A stretch of 64,000 bases of DNA from Methanoregula sp. (lineage in GTDB: Archaea; Halobacteriota; Methanomicrobia; Methanomicrobiales; Methanospirillaceae): positions 3,690 to 67,689 of the forward strand of contig JBAZHD010000005.1 of the NCBI GenBank assembly GCA_041652515.1. Reading direction: 5' to 3'. The stretch's first letter is position 1, and each line of letters opens with the position of its first letter. The translations under genes were made by a program, and so were the position numbers. Below, in pieces: positions 1-10,819 of the stretch. A model generated the notes under the pieces. The model was not told the origin of the DNA. It worked only from the letters and a program-made list of their open reading frames with translations, and searched no databases.

Positions 1-436
1 CTGTATCAACCCGGCGCATGGGGGCTGTGTCGACCGATTTCGGGACGTTGATACCACCGTATTTCAGACGGACGGTTTCTTCTCTGGGACCGGAGTTGCC
101 TATAGCTTCAACGAGCACTTCGATGGGATTGCGCTTGGTCTTTTTGTTGATGATCTCGAATGCATCCCGCACGATCCGTATAGCCAGCTGTTTCTTGCCG
201 GTATTATTCTCGGTCTGCATCAGGCGGTTGATCAACCGCTCGACAATCATCATGTTGCTCTTTCCAAATTCCTGCCGGGAAAACTTACCGCAGGAATGGG
301 GGATGATCTGGGAGGTGAGGGTGACATAGCGTATGAGGCTGGGGTCGGTGACCTTGACTTCGGATGCATCCCACTTGTTGAACAACAGTTTCTGGCCTGC
401 CGGTTTTGCTTCAGTTTTTGCTTCAGTTTCTGCCAT
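1..436 (-). CDS. rps7: 30S ribosomal protein S7 (3' end runs off the window)
   Basis: Manual minus-strand translation from ATG 436: [11 protein letters not shown]...LLFNKWD...[13 protein letters not shown]...[24 protein letters not shown]; lies directly after rps12; absent from the ORF track because it is truncated. Confidence 0.95.
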   Translation of the reverse strand, partial: MAETEAKTEAKPAGQKLLFNKWDASEVKVTDPSLIRYVTLTSQIIPHSCGKFSRQEFGKSNMMIVERLINRLMQTENNTGKKQLAIRIVRDAFEIINKKTKRNPIEVLVEAIGNSGPREETVRLKYGGINVPKSVDTAPMRRVDT

Positions 437-441
437 TACGA

Positions 442-870
442 TCACCTGCGCGGTTTCTCCTTCCTGCCGATGACCATTTCGTGGAGGCAGACGTTGTTCA
501 CTTTAGTGACCACATACCGGACACCGGGGATATCTCCCATGGACCGGCCGAGACGGCCACCAATACCTTCGATCTCGACTTCGTCGTGTTCATCGATGAA
601 GTTGATGGCACCGTCGCCAACGGCAAATGCGCTGACCTGCCGGCCGTTCTTGATCAGCTGCACGCGCACGCATTTCCGGATGGCGGAATTCGGCTGTTTT
701 GCCTCAACACCGATCTTTTCCAGTACGATACCTCTCGCCTGCGGGGCACCCTCAAGAGGGTCCGATTTCACATCGAGATTAAGTTCGCGGCGGGCGTAAT
801 TCTTGTCTGCCCACCGGAACTTATTGGAGTCCCGAACCAATTTCCTGGCTGCAAATTTACCCTGTCCCAT
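442..870 (-). CDS. rps12: 30S ribosomal protein S12 (uS12)
   Basis: [15 protein letters not shown] and GDIPGVRY motifs. Confidence 0.98.
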   Translation of the reverse strand: MGQGKFAARKLVRDSNKFRWADKNYARRELNLDVKSDPLEGAPQARGIVLEKIGVEAKQPNSAIRKCVRVQLIKNGRQVSAFAVGDGAINFIDEHDEVEIEGIGGRLGRSMGDIPGVRYVVTKVNNVCLHEMVIGRKEKPRR

Positions 871-1035
871 TAAAGAGCCTCATGTAAGTTTTTTTTGTGG
901 TTATCGATAACCCACATTGGGATATGTACTAACGCGGGTAATCGATTTATAAATTGTGGCCTCCCACCTGCCTGTCTTATACTATTGATCCTCACTCATA
1001 ATAACATTATATCCCTTAGAACCCAATTATCAGCA

Positions 1036-1440
1036 ATGAAAGTCGGGATCTATAAGGAAGTGCAGATTGACACCAGCCACCGCCTGCTCCATTATGAAGG
1101 CAAGTGTGCAAACCTCCACGGGCACCGCTGGAAGATTGAGATCTGGATGGAGGGAGAACCCGACCCGGTAACGAAGATCCTGATCGATTATAGTATGATC
1201 AGAAAGATTGTCGATAAGTACGACCACCAGATCATCCTGAACCAGGAGGATCCTATGGTACCGCGCATCCAGGAGTTCCATCAGGTCATAACTACACCCG
1301 GCGATCCAACAAGTGAACTGATGGCATCGCTCATCCGCGATGATCTCCGTGCGTTTTGCCGGGAACATGGGGTTAAGGCAACTGTGCCAAAAATCCGGGT
1401 CTGGGAATCGCCGACTGCTTTTGCCGAGCTTAAGGAATGA
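1036..1440 (+). CDS. queD: 6-carboxytetrahydropterin synthase
   Basis: SHRL...KCANLHGHRW, YDHQ, PTSE and VWESP motifs; start moved to ATG 1036; first gene of queDEC. Confidence 0.92.
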   Translation: MKVGIYKEVQIDTSHRLLHYEGKCANLHGHRWKIEIWMEGEPDPVTKILIDYSMIRKIVDKYDHQIILNQEDPMVPRIQEFHQVITTPGDPTSELMASLIRDDLRAFCREHGVKATVPKIRVWESPTAFAELKE

Positions 1441-2045
1441 AGATCGCTGATATTTTCCAGAGCATCCAGGGAGAGGGGAAGAACCAGGGCAAACCCTGCC
1501 TTTTCATCCGTTTGGCCGGTTGCAATCTGCACTGCAGATGGTGCGATACACCGGAGTCGCAGACTGGAGGAATGGAGATGCACCTCGACTCCATAATCGA
1601 ACAGGAGGGGAGGACCAACCCGCCCTATATCTGCATCACGGGAGGTGAACCGCTCCTGCAGGGGGGGGAACTTGAGCCCCTTCTTGTTGCTCTCAGTAAA
1701 CGGGGGATCTTCATTGATATCGAGACTAACGGTACGGTAGATTTCACCCGTTTCCAGCCATATGCTTCAATCTGTATGGATGTGAAATGCCCTTCATCGG
1801 GAGAAGTAAGCGATCTGTCCCTGCTGGTGAAGATCCGCCCGGAGGATAGTGTAAAGTTTGTTGTAAAAGATGACGCCGACTGCCGGTATGCGCAGGCAGT
1901 TATGAAATCGCACCGGATTGCGGGCGAGATTTTCTTATCACCAGTATCTGGCTCGGATTACAAGCCGATTGTTGATTTCGTCCTCACAAATAATCTGCCG
2001 GTACGGTTCCAGATCCAGTTGCATAAAATCATAGGAGTACAATGA
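1437..2045 (+). CDS. queE: 7-carboxy-7-deazaguanine synthase (radical SAM)
   Basis: [32 protein letters not shown]; ATGA overlap with queD. Confidence 0.93.
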   Translation: MKIADIFQSIQGEGKNQGKPCLFIRLAGCNLHCRWCDTPESQTGGMEMHLDSIIEQEGRTNPPYICITGGEPLLQGGELEPLLVALSKRGIFIDIETNGTVDFTRFQPYASICMDVKCPSSGEVSDLSLLVKIRPEDSVKFVVKDDADCRYAQAVMKSHRIAGEIFLSPVSGSDYKPIVDFVLTNNLPVRFQIQLHKIIGVQ

Positions 2046-2710
2046 TGAAAGCGGTATGTCTGCTCTCCGGGGGTATGGACTCCTCCACACTCGCATATCT
2101 TGCAAAGAGCAAAGGCTATGATATCCTTGCCCTTCACATGAACTACGGCCAGCGTACCGAAGGCAAGGAACTCGCAAGCGCAAAGAAGATCGCCTCACTG
2201 CTTGATGCAGAGGCGTTTGTTGAGATTAGTCTCGATTACTTCACGAAGTTCGGTGCAAGCAGCCTGACGGATAAAGAGATAGCAGTCGAGGAATTTGACC
2301 CGGCGCGGGCGCACCTGCCCAACACCTACGTGCCGTTCCGGAACGCCAATCTTCTCGCGATTGCCACGAGCTTTGCCGAGGCACGCGGTGCTGATGCCAT
2401 TTTTATCGGAGTCCAGTCACTCGATTATAGTGGTTACCCCGATTGCCGCCCTCAATTCATCAAGGCGTTCCAGAACGTGATCGATCTCGGGACGAAGGAT
2501 ACAACAACGATCTCACTTTTCACACCGTTCATCCACATGACCAAGACCGATATCCTGCGCGCCGGGCTTGAACTGGGCGTACCCTATGAATACACATGGT
2601 CCTGCTATCGGAATGAAGGGAAAGCCTGCGGCACCTGCGGCTCATGCCATTTCCGTCAGGAAGCCTTCGCAGCAATTGGCAGAAAAGACCCGATAGAGTA
2701 CGAGGTATAG
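2042..2710 (+). CDS. queC: 7-cyano-7-deazaguanine (preQ0) synthase
   Basis: SGGMDS PP-loop, YVPFRN, GYPDCR, TWSCY...CGTCGSC. Confidence 0.96.
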   Translation: MMKAVCLLSGGMDSSTLAYLAKSKGYDILALHMNYGQRTEGKELASAKKIASLLDAEAFVEISLDYFTKFGASSLTDKEIAVEEFDPARAHLPNTYVPFRNANLLAIATSFAEARGADAIFIGVQSLDYSGYPDCRPQFIKAFQNVIDLGTKDTTTISLFTPFIHMTKTDILRAGLELGVPYEYTWSCYRNEGKACGTCGSCHFRQEAFAAIGRKDPIEYEV

Positions 2711-3208
2711 ATGGATATCTTTCGCGGTCGGAGGCTCTGGATTGAGCAGCGGGACGTCAGCCTGCCAAACGGGCTTGTGCGGCAGAAAGTGATTGTCCAC
2801 CCGAGTAATGCCGTGGCAATCCTGCCAATCGAAGAGAACCGGTGCAAACTGATCCGGCAGTACCGGTACGCAATCGATGACTATATCTTCGAAGCTCCTG
2901 CGGGTGCACTCGAAGAGGGTGAGGATCCACTGGATGCAGCAGGGAGGGAGCTCATCGAGGAGACCGGGTTTGCTGCACGGACAATCGACCCCAGAGGATT
3001 CATCATCACAACACCGGGTTACACCGATGAAAAGATCTACCTGTACGAAGCACACGGTCTTTCACCTTCGAAGGAATATGAGAAAGATGAGGATGAGGTC
3101 ATCGAGGTCCGGGATTTTCCGGTAAAAGACCTGACCGATATGATCCGGGACGGCACAATCGTTGACGCCAAGACCATCTGCCTCATTCACCGTTGCCTCG
3201 GGTGCTGA
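2711..3208 (+). CDS. NUDIX hydrolase (ADP-ribose pyrophosphatase-like)
   Basis: Nudix box GALEEGEDPLDAAGRELIEETG. Confidence 0.9.
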   Translation: MDIFRGRRLWIEQRDVSLPNGLVRQKVIVHPSNAVAILPIEENRCKLIRQYRYAIDDYIFEAPAGALEEGEDPLDAAGRELIEETGFAARTIDPRGFIITTPGYTDEKIYLYEAHGLSPSKEYEKDEDEVIEVRDFPVKDLTDMIRDGTIVDAKTICLIHRCLGC

Positions 3209-4107
3209 TGATGCGGATTGTTATACCGGTTATCAGTATCCTTATGATTCTTTCAGCTCTTGCCGGTTGTACCGGAACCCCGTCCAAATCAACATATTCC
3301 GTCGATGACAACGGAGTTCTTTCCCTCACGTGTGCTCCTGTAACAACTACGGAAGAGGAACTCTTTGCAAACGAGACCTACACCAAGTCCCGGATCGTAT
3401 TTCACACAGAAAACGGAGATGTTGTGAGCTACCTCGGGGCACCGGAAAAACCGAAGGCGACAATTGTATACGCACCGGGTGCCGGGGAAAAACTGGCCGG
3501 GCATGAGGAGCGGATGGTCCGCTATGCTGCGGCCGGATATGCATTTCTCTTTGTCGATACGAGAGGGAATGGCGGTGAAACCGCCGGTACTCCCTTCAGC
3601 CAGCAGTTGATCCAGCAGGATTATGCAAAGTTCGGGAAAGGCGAGATGCCCCAGTATTACCTGAGTATCTGTGATCTTGCCTCGGCACAGAAAATGTTCA
3701 CCGGGCGATATAATGTTCCCGTCTATGCCATGGGTTCGAGCAATGGCGGCCGGTATGCTGCTGTCGCTGCAGGTACGGATCCGGAATTTGCCGGGTATGT
3801 CGGAATATCCACATCCGACTGGGGACTGCTGGATTCGATTAGAGATCAGGGTATCACGGGAGATCCAGTACGGTTTGCAGCCTCGCTTGAACCAAGTACA
3901 TATCTGACAAAGATCTCGCCACGTCCGGTCTGGGTATTCCATGCAAGAGCAGATCCGATTATACCGTTCGAAAGCGGACAGCAATTCTTCGCAAAAGCAC
4001 AGGAACCCAAAACATTTATTGAGTTCTCAGGAGACCACGGGATTAACCCTGATGTGGACAAACAGATCATTATCCAATGGGCGCAAATTTATGGCACCCG
4101 CGGGTGA
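3208..4107 (+). CDS. Alpha/beta hydrolase, predicted lipoprotein
   Basis: Signal peptide with LAGC lipobox; GSSNG nucleophile elbow; D(PIIP) and (GD)H triad candidates. Confidence 0.8.
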   Translation: MMRIVIPVISILMILSALAGCTGTPSKSTYSVDDNGVLSLTCAPVTTTEEELFANETYTKSRIVFHTENGDVVSYLGAPEKPKATIVYAPGAGEKLAGHEERMVRYAAAGYAFLFVDTRGNGGETAGTPFSQQLIQQDYAKFGKGEMPQYYLSICDLASAQKMFTGRYNVPVYAMGSSNGGRYAAVAAGTDPEFAGYVGISTSDWGLLDSIRDQGITGDPVRFAASLEPSTYLTKISPRPVWVFHARADPIIPFESGQQFFAKAQEPKTFIEFSGDHGINPDVDKQIIIQWAQIYGTRG

Positions 4108-4143
4108 ATAGGTATAAGCTTATAGAGAGGTTTGAATCCGGCA

Positions 4144-5415
4144 ATGGCAGAAGAAGTGGAGATGGACGACGCGCGTAAGCGTTATGAGTTCAAAAAAGTC
4201 CTGGAGAAACTCAAGTCCCAGCAGGGGGATGGTACAGAGCTGATTACACTCTATATACCTCCCGACAAGCAGATCTACGATGTTACGAACCAGCTCAAGG
4301 ATGAGTTCGGCCAGTGTGCCAACATCAAGAGCAAGCAGACAAAACTCAATGTACAGAGTGCCATCTCCTCCATCCTCTCGCGCCTCAAGTACTACAAGCG
4401 CCCCCCGGAAAAGGGCCTTGCAGTCTTCTGCGGCACCGTAAAAACGTATGGCGATCGCACCGATCTCCAGTGCACCATTGTCGAGCCACCGGAGCCCCTC
4501 AATCTCTATATGTACCGTTGCAGCTCGAACTTCGAGCTCGAACCGCTCCTCCAGATGCTCGAGGAAAAATACGTATATGGCCTGCTTGTCCTCGATAAGC
4601 GTGAAGCATACTGGGGATTTCTCCGGGGTAACCGTATCGAGCCGATGGGTGGGGCGAACTCAACGGTGCCCGGGAAAATGCGCAAAGGCGGTCAGTCGGC
4701 AGCCCGGTTCGGGCGTCTCCGTGAGATCGCCATTGACGAATTCTATACCAAGGTCGGAGAGCGGTCCAGTGCGATCTTCATTGCCGAGAAAGATTTTTTC
4801 GAGCGATTCAAAGGGGTCCTGATTGGAGGACCGAGCCCGACAAAAGAGGAGTTCGAGAAGGGGAGTTATCTTCACCACGAAGTCCAGAAACGGATTGTCG
4901 GCCTTTTCGATGTAGCGTATACCAATGAGGACGGGCTCTCCGAACTTGTTGATGCGGCAAAGGATGCCCTTAAAGGGATGACTGTCATCAAAGAGAAGGC
5001 ATTCATGGACCGGTTCTTAAGAGAACTGGTCAAGGATGACGGGGTTGCTGCATATGGAGAGGAGAGCATCCGGCATAACCTTGAGATTGGGGCTGTCGAT
5101 ATGCTTCTTCTCTCGTCCAACCTCCGGAAATCCCGGCTGAGAATCAAGTGCCAGAACTGTGATTATACCACAGAGAAGACCATAAACATCGAACCCGGCA
5201 AGACGGTGGCCGATGTCACACTGGGTAACTGCCCGAAGTGCACGGCACCGCTCGTGCTTGAGGAAGAGATTGATATCGTCGATGAATTGACAAAGCTTGC
5301 AGACCAGAGCAATTCAAAAGTTGAGCTAATATCCGATGATTTCGAAGAGGGTTCAATCCTCTTTACAGCATTCGGGGGGATTGCTGCAATCCTCCGCTAC
5401 AGGACGGGATACTAA
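4144..5415 (+). CDS. prf1: Peptide chain release factor aRF1
   Basis: NIKS and GGQ motifs, YRCS; CQNC...CPKC zinc-ribbon insert in the C-terminal domain. Confidence 0.97.
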   Translation: MAEEVEMDDARKRYEFKKVLEKLKSQQGDGTELITLYIPPDKQIYDVTNQLKDEFGQCANIKSKQTKLNVQSAISSILSRLKYYKRPPEKGLAVFCGTVKTYGDRTDLQCTIVEPPEPLNLYMYRCSSNFELEPLLQMLEEKYVYGLLVLDKREAYWGFLRGNRIEPMGGANSTVPGKMRKGGQSAARFGRLREIAIDEFYTKVGERSSAIFIAEKDFFERFKGVLIGGPSPTKEEFEKGSYLHHEVQKRIVGLFDVAYTNEDGLSELVDAAKDALKGMTVIKEKAFMDRFLRELVKDDGVAAYGEESIRHNLEIGAVDMLLLSSNLRKSRLRIKCQNCDYTTEKTINIEPGKTVADVTLGNCPKCTAPLVLEEEIDIVDELTKLADQSNSKVELISDDFEEGSILFTAFGGIAAILRYRTGY

Positions 5416-7080
5416 ATGCCCCACGATTTATTCACTACCATAGAAACGGCAATAAAAGAGACGACCGGTGTTACAGAAGCACTCCTGATCGATGGGGGAG
5501 AACACGCAGATCTCGCATCGACCGTGGCATTTGCCCTGGCAAAACAGAAGAAGCAGGCCCCGGTCAAGATTGCGCAGGATCTTGTTGCAGACTTAAAAAA
5601 GCGCCCGGATCTTTCCGGCATTACCATCGAGGCAAAAGGACCTTACATCAATTTCATCTTCGGCAACGCGTACGTCAGCGAGGTGCTCCGTGCTGCGGTC
5701 CTGCCCGGTTACGGCAACCTCCCGAAGAAATCCACGCGAATCGTTCTCGAACACACCAGTGCCAACCCGAACGGCCCCCTGCATGTCGGGCACATCCGGA
5801 ACTCAATCCTTGGCGACACGCTTGCCCGCGCCTTCAGGAAGGCCGGCTATCCGCTGGAAGTACAATATTATGTCAATGACATGGGTCGTCAGATCGCGAT
5901 CGTGGTCTGGGGATTCGACAACCTTGACAATGCCCTGCAGCCGGGAGAGAAAGAGGACGCCCATATTGCCCGGATCTATATCGCCGCGAACCGCGAGATC
6001 GAAAAGGACGCGGGGATCACCCAGCAGGTCAATGTCCTTATGCAACTCGTGGAAAACGGTGACCCGGCAACCGTGAAGAAGTTCCGCAAAGAGGTGTCCC
6101 GCTGCCTTGACGGGTTCAAAGTCACGATGAAGGACCTCAATGTTGCCCACGACCGGTTTGTCTGGGAGAGCGACTTCATCCGGAACGGGAATACAGAGAG
6201 GATCATCAACAAGCTCAAACGGATGCCGCAGGCACACGAAGATGAGACACTCTATCTCGATCTCTCCGAGTTCGGGTTCGAGAACAAGTATGTTATCCGC
6301 CGGAGTGACGGCACCTCGGTCTATGCAGCCCGGGACCTCGCGTTCCATGCATGGAAAGGGGCAAACTTCGACCGTGTCATCGATGTCCTCGGCGCCGACC
6401 ACAAGCTTATCGGAGCACAGCTCCAGTGCACCATGAAGATCCTTGGTGAGAAGGTGCCGGAGATCATTCACTTCGAGTTTGTCTCTCTGCCGGAAGGCTC
6501 GATGAGCACCCGCGCCGGCAAGTTCGTCTCGGCGGACGACCTCATCACCGAGATCCGGAAACGTGCCTTTGATGAGGTGACTGCACGGAGACCGGAGCTT
6601 GAAGAGGAGACGCGCAAGGCTATCGCAGCATCCGTAGGGCTTGCAGCGATCCGGTACGACATCGTGAAGGTATCTCCCGAAAAGAGCACGGTCTTTGACT
6701 GGAAGGAAGCCCTGGATTTTGAGCGGCAGAGCGGCCCATACATCCAGTATGCCCATGCCCGTGCCTGCAGCATCCTTGAAAAAGCCGAAACATTTACCGA
6801 ATGTTACGAACTGGAGACGGAACAGGAGATCGCGCTTGCCAAGGAGATTGGAAAATTCCCGCAGGTGATTGAGCGGGTTGTAACCGAGCTCCGGCCACAT
6901 ATCCTTGCCACCTACGCACGGGAACTTGCAGACACGTTCAACACATTCTACCATTTCGAACCGGTGCTGAAGAGTGAGGGGAAAATCCGGGACCGCAGGC
7001 TGACGCTGGTAAAAGCGGTGCAGAACACTCTGAAAGAGTCCCTCGAAACGCTCGGGATCGATGCCATCAGATCCATGTAA
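5416..7080 (+). CDS. argS: Arginine--tRNA ligase
   Basis: EHTSANPNGPLHVGH (HIGH), SMSTRAG, GPYIQYAHAR. Confidence 0.97.
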   Translation: MPHDLFTTIETAIKETTGVTEALLIDGGEHADLASTVAFALAKQKKQAPVKIAQDLVADLKKRPDLSGITIEAKGPYINFIFGNAYVSEVLRAAVLPGYGNLPKKSTRIVLEHTSANPNGPLHVGHIRNSILGDTLARAFRKAGYPLEVQYYVNDMGRQIAIVVWGFDNLDNALQPGEKEDAHIARIYIAANREIEKDAGITQQVNVLMQLVENGDPATVKKFRKEVSRCLDGFKVTMKDLNVAHDRFVWESDFIRNGNTERIINKLKRMPQAHEDETLYLDLSEFGFENKYVIRRSDGTSVYAARDLAFHAWKGANFDRVIDVLGADHKLIGAQLQCTMKILGEKVPEIIHFEFVSLPEGSMSTRAGKFVSADDLITEIRKRAFDEVTARRPELEEETRKAIAASVGLAAIRYDIVKVSPEKSTVFDWKEALDFERQSGPYIQYAHARACSILEKAETFTECYELETEQEIALAKEIGKFPQVIERVVTELRPHILATYARELADTFNTFYHFEPVLKSEGKIRDRRLTLVKAVQNTLKESLETLGIDAIRSM

Positions 7081-7960
7081 ACCCCTGCAAAAGCAGGGAT
7101 ACCAGTTTTTTTCAAAGACGTCCACAGCAGCGCTCAAGCCCTGCATGTGGTGCAAGCGTGCGCTTGCCGGCGGGGATATGTGCTACAAGCACCAGTTCTA
7201 CGGGATCGACAGCCACCGCTGTGTCCAGATGACTCCTACGCTGCGGTGTAACCAGCGCTGTCGTTTCTGCTGGCGATCGTTCGAACACGAACCTGCAGAA
7301 ACTGAGGAATGTCCGCCGGAGACAATCCTTGCCGGGATCCACAAGTACCAGAAGAAAGCACTTGCCGGGTACAATACCGTGCTCGATAATACAGTGACCA
7401 AAGAGCGATGGCAGGAGGCGCTTGATCCAAAACATGTGGCGATATCACTTTCGGGAGAGCCGACGCTCTACTCGAGGCTCCCTGAACTGATCGACCTCTT
7501 CACCGGCAACGGGTATACCACGTTCCTGGTAAGTAACGGGACAAACCCGGATATGCTCCGGCGCTGCCGCCCGTTCCAGACATATGTATCACTGGATGCA
7601 CCGGACAGGGAGACTTACAACGCAGTCTGCCGCCCATTCGGAGATTACTGGGACCGCGTACAGGAGAGCCTTACCCTGCTGGGATCCCGGAGGTCGGCGA
7701 TCCGTGTCACCCTTGTCAAGGGTCTCAATGATTTTGCTCCGGAACGGTATGCCACGATCATGCAGGGATCGGGCGCAAGGTTTGTGGAAATAAAGGGATA
7801 TATGTATCTGGGATACAGTAGAAACCGGTTGGCAAGAGAGAATATGCCGGAACACGCGGAGGTGCGGTCTTTTGCGGAAAAGATCGCGGCCGCGTGCGAT
7901 TACCGGTTCAAGGATGAGAATACACTGAGCAGAGTGGTAGTGCTGGAGCGTTTAACATGA
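7061..7960 (+). CDS. taw1: tRNA 4-demethylwyosine synthase Taw1/TYW1 (radical SAM)
   Basis: [40 protein letters not shown]. Confidence 0.93.
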   Translation: MPSDPCKPLQKQGYQFFSKTSTAALKPCMWCKRALAGGDMCYKHQFYGIDSHRCVQMTPTLRCNQRCRFCWRSFEHEPAETEECPPETILAGIHKYQKKALAGYNTVLDNTVTKERWQEALDPKHVAISLSGEPTLYSRLPELIDLFTGNGYTTFLVSNGTNPDMLRRCRPFQTYVSLDAPDRETYNAVCRPFGDYWDRVQESLTLLGSRRSAIRVTLVKGLNDFAPERYATIMQGSGARFVEIKGYMYLGYSRNRLARENMPEHAEVRSFAEKIAAACDYRFKDENTLSRVVVLERLT

Positions 7961-9540
7961 GATTTAATCCCGAAGACTGGAAGCAGAAATCACACGAAAA
8001 CTTTGAAGGAGCATGGCACGAAGGCCCGTCAGTCCTTACACCGGCATCGCATGCGGATACCTACCCGTGCCGGCTCTACAAGCGGGCACAGGCGCACCCG
8101 GTCTTTGCCACCATCAACCGGCTGCGCGAGACCTATCTCTCGCTCGGTTTCGACGAAGCGGAGGTCCCGGTCATCATCGACGAGAAGGACATCTACCGAC
8201 AGTTCGGCCCCGAGGCAATGGCCGTACTCGACCGTGTCTTCTACCTTGGAGGTCTCCCGCGTCCGAATGTCGGCATCGCCCGCGACCGGCTCGATAAGAT
8301 CAATGCGATCCTCGGCAAAACCATGGCTTCCGCAACCGAGGAGAAACTCCGCGAAACCCTGCATTCCTACAAGAAGTCCGAGATTGACGGCGACGAGTTA
8401 ACGTTCGAACTGTCAAAAGTGCTCGAAACTGATGATGGGATCGTGGTTCATATCCTTGACGCCGTCTTCCCGGAGTTCCGGGAACTCGCCCCGGAGTCAT
8501 CGCGTTCTACCCTCCGCAGTCACATGACGAGCGGCTGGTTCATGACGCTCGGTTCCATCTGGAACAAGAGCCCGCTGCCACTCCGGCTCTTCTCGGTTGA
8601 CCGCTGTTTCCGGCGTGAACAGGCTGAAGGACCCACGCGGCTCATGACCTACCACTCCGCGTCCTGTATCGTGGCCGGGGATGATATTACCCTTGACGAT
8701 GGAAAAGCCGTCAGCGAAGCCCTTCTCTCTGCATTCGGGTACACCGATTTCCGCTTCCAGCCTGACGAGAAGCGCTCCAAGTATTACATGCCGGACTCCC
8801 AGACCGAAGTCTATGCACGGCACCCGGTCCACGGGTGGGTCGAGGTGGCAACCTTCGGGATGTATTCTCCCTCAGCACTTGCCGAGTACGGGATCGGCGT
8901 CCCGGTCATGAACCTTGGCCTTGGCGTGGAGCGGCTCGCGATGATCGCGTACAACTCCAACGATGTCCGCCAGCTTTGTTATCCCCAGTTCTTCCCCCGG
9001 CCCCTGAGCGACCGGGAGATTGCCCGGGCCGTGCACCTGCGGGAGGAACCGGTTTCTGTTGAAGGAAAGATACTCGCAGCAGCCGTCGCTAAAGTTGCGG
9101 CAGCAAACGGGACTGCACAGGGACCCTGTGCTTTCGATGCCTGGGAGGGTAGTCTTGGCGGTACCAGCGTGAAGGTGGTTGTCGAGGAAACGGAATCCAA
9201 TGCCAAACTCTGCGGGCCGGCATGTGCCAACGAGATCTTTGTCCATGAAGGGTCCGTCCTTGGAGTTCCGGATGCCGAGAAATGGAAACAGGTCCGGACC
9301 GAGGGTGTGCCAACGGGGATCTCCTATCTTTCCGCTGTATCGGCACTTGCAGCAGCACGGGTTGAGGAAGCTGCCCGATGTGGTAAAGGTACGACTGTTC
9401 AGGTTAAGATGGCAAAACTTCCCAGCGACATCAACCTGAAGATTGATGAATACACGATGCGGTTCATCACCGACAATAAAAAGAAAGTCGATGTAAGGGG
9501 ACCGGTCTTCCTGTCGGTCCGTTCCATCATTAAGGAATAA
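7957..9540 (+). CDS. sepS: O-phosphoserine--tRNA(Cys) ligase
   Basis: [49 protein letters not shown]. Confidence 0.96.
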   Translation: MRFNPEDWKQKSHENFEGAWHEGPSVLTPASHADTYPCRLYKRAQAHPVFATINRLRETYLSLGFDEAEVPVIIDEKDIYRQFGPEAMAVLDRVFYLGGLPRPNVGIARDRLDKINAILGKTMASATEEKLRETLHSYKKSEIDGDELTFELSKVLETDDGIVVHILDAVFPEFRELAPESSRSTLRSHMTSGWFMTLGSIWNKSPLPLRLFSVDRCFRREQAEGPTRLMTYHSASCIVAGDDITLDDGKAVSEALLSAFGYTDFRFQPDEKRSKYYMPDSQTEVYARHPVHGWVEVATFGMYSPSALAEYGIGVPVMNLGLGVERLAMIAYNSNDVRQLCYPQFFPRPLSDREIARAVHLREEPVSVEGKILAAAVAKVAAANGTAQGPCAFDAWEGSLGGTSVKVVVEETESNAKLCGPACANEIFVHEGSVLGVPDAEKWKQVRTEGVPTGISYLSAVSALAAARVEEAARCGKGTTVQVKMAKLPSDINLKIDEYTMRFITDNKKKVDVRGPVFLSVRSIIKE

Positions 9541-9559
9541 TTTCCTTTTTTGGTTTTTT
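9541..9559 (+). terminator. T-rich archaeal terminator after sepS
   Basis: TTTCCTTTTTTGGTTTTTT directly after the stop codon. Confidence 0.6.
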
Positions 9560-9587
9560 CGTCTGTAGAATACCTATTCTTTACCTC

Positions 9588-9639
9588 AATGTTAGAAATA
9601 GATAACATTTTAAACTACTAATGTTAGAAATAGATAACA
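9588..9639 (+). promoter_or_regulatory. Two identical 20-bp operator-like boxes flanking a TATA-like element
   Basis: AATGTTAGAAATAGATAACA at 9588-9607 and 9620-9639, each TGTTA-N8-TAACA; TTTTAAA lies between them. Confidence 0.75.
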
Positions 9640-9654
9640 CATAGGAGTGATTGA

Positions 9655-10044
9655 ATGAAAATCGGATATCGTCACGTAAGTGTTATCAGTTCACTACTTT
9701 TGCTTACTGCATTAGTACTGATCTTTGTTTTCGGGAACACAACACCTCTCCCACCCATACTGCTCGTTGTAAGTCTGGCCGGTTCAATTCTCCTGATTTA
9801 CCACCATAAGGAATGGGACGAAGAGATCCGGCCGGATGAGAGAACCCAAAAGATTGGGGCTTATGCATTGTCCTATGCATGGTGGATCGGGATCAGCGGA
9901 ATCATCCTGCTGTTCTGGTCTGACAACCTGGGGATCTGGAGACCGGATACGCAGATTGCACTGGGCATATGTCTCCTTCTGTTGTTCATTCCAGCCATGT
10001 TCTTTCTGATCTATCTGTCCCGTAAAGGTGAGAACCATGTCTGA
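9655..10044 (+). CDS. Small membrane protein, DUF2178-like
   Basis: About 4 hydrophobic segments; DERTQKIGAYALSYAW motif; GGAG SD. Confidence 0.75.
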   Translation: MKIGYRHVSVISSLLLLTALVLIFVFGNTTPLPPILLVVSLAGSILLIYHHKEWDEEIRPDERTQKIGAYALSYAWWIGISGIILLFWSDNLGIWRPDTQIALGICLLLLFIPAMFFLIYLSRKGENHV

Positions 10045-10113
10045 TTATGTCAGGTATTTCATACCCGGATCCCGGAAAAAGTCAAAACCGGATACAAAAA
10101 AAGGAGCGAGAAC

Positions 10114-10500
10114 ATGAAACCAAGAAATCTTTATCGGATCGTTATCGGAGTATTGATGATCGCGAGCGGTATCGTTTCCATCCTGCTCACCGCGGGGGAG
10201 GCAATTATCAGCACAATGCTCCTGGCTGCAGGATTTGCTTTCCTGATAACCGGTATCTCCCGTCACCGCAGGTATGGCGATGAGCCGGAATCTGACGAGC
10301 GATCGAAAAAGATCGGTGCTTATGGTATCACCTATGCGTGGTTGACCGGCCTCTTCTTTATGTCGGGTCTTTTCTGGCTGGATTACCTCGGCATTCTCCG
10401 GCTCAGTACACAGAATGCCCTTGCCCTTTCCGTGGTCGTCCTTGCACTTTCCGCAGTTATCTTCCAGACGTATCTTTTCCGGAAAGGAGATGTTGAGTGA
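10114..10500 (+). CDS. Small membrane protein, DUF2178-like (paralogue of the upstream gene)
   Basis: [16 protein letters not shown]; same topology as 9655-10044. Confidence 0.75.
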   Translation: MKPRNLYRIVIGVLMIASGIVSILLTAGEAIISTMLLAAGFAFLITGISRHRRYGDEPESDERSKKIGAYGITYAWLTGLFFMSGLFWLDYLGILRLSTQNALALSVVVLALSAVIFQTYLFRKGDVE

Positions 10501-10574
10501 CAGGGTACTGCCCCCGTACAGCAGAAAATTTGTATGAACGAGTCCAATACCAGAAAAGAATTTTTGGAGTGAGT

Positions 10575-10808
10575 ATGCAAACCCGGATCAAGGAATATCG
10601 CACCCGCCTGAATCTTACGCAGGAAGACCTTGCAAAAACCGTCGGGGTCCGGAGGGAAACCATCGTCTTCCTGGAACAGGGAAAATATAATCCTTCTCTC
10701 AAACTCGCTCACGATGTGGCACAGGCCCTGCATACCACAATCGATAACCTGTTCATTTTCGAAGATGAGGGCCCCGCACCGGGAGAGCGAACCGTTCTCG
10801 TAGATTAG
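10575..10808 (+). CDS. XRE/Cro-family HTH transcriptional regulator
   Basis: RIKEYR...[32 protein letters not shown]; start moved to ATG 10575 after GGAG. Confidence 0.9.
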   Translation: MQTRIKEYRTRLNLTQEDLAKTVGVRRETIVFLEQGKYNPSLKLAHDVAQALHTTIDNLFIFEDEGPAPGERTVLVD

Positions 10809-10819
10809 TTCAGACCGTT

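Noticed and set aside
1036-2710. queDEC as part of a 7-deazaguanine DNA-modification (dpd) defence island
   Set aside because: No dpdA/TGT-like or other dpd genes nearby; housekeeping context fits preQ0 supply for archaeosine
5803-7155. 450-aa antisense ORF
   Set aside because: Shadow frame of argS with no motifs
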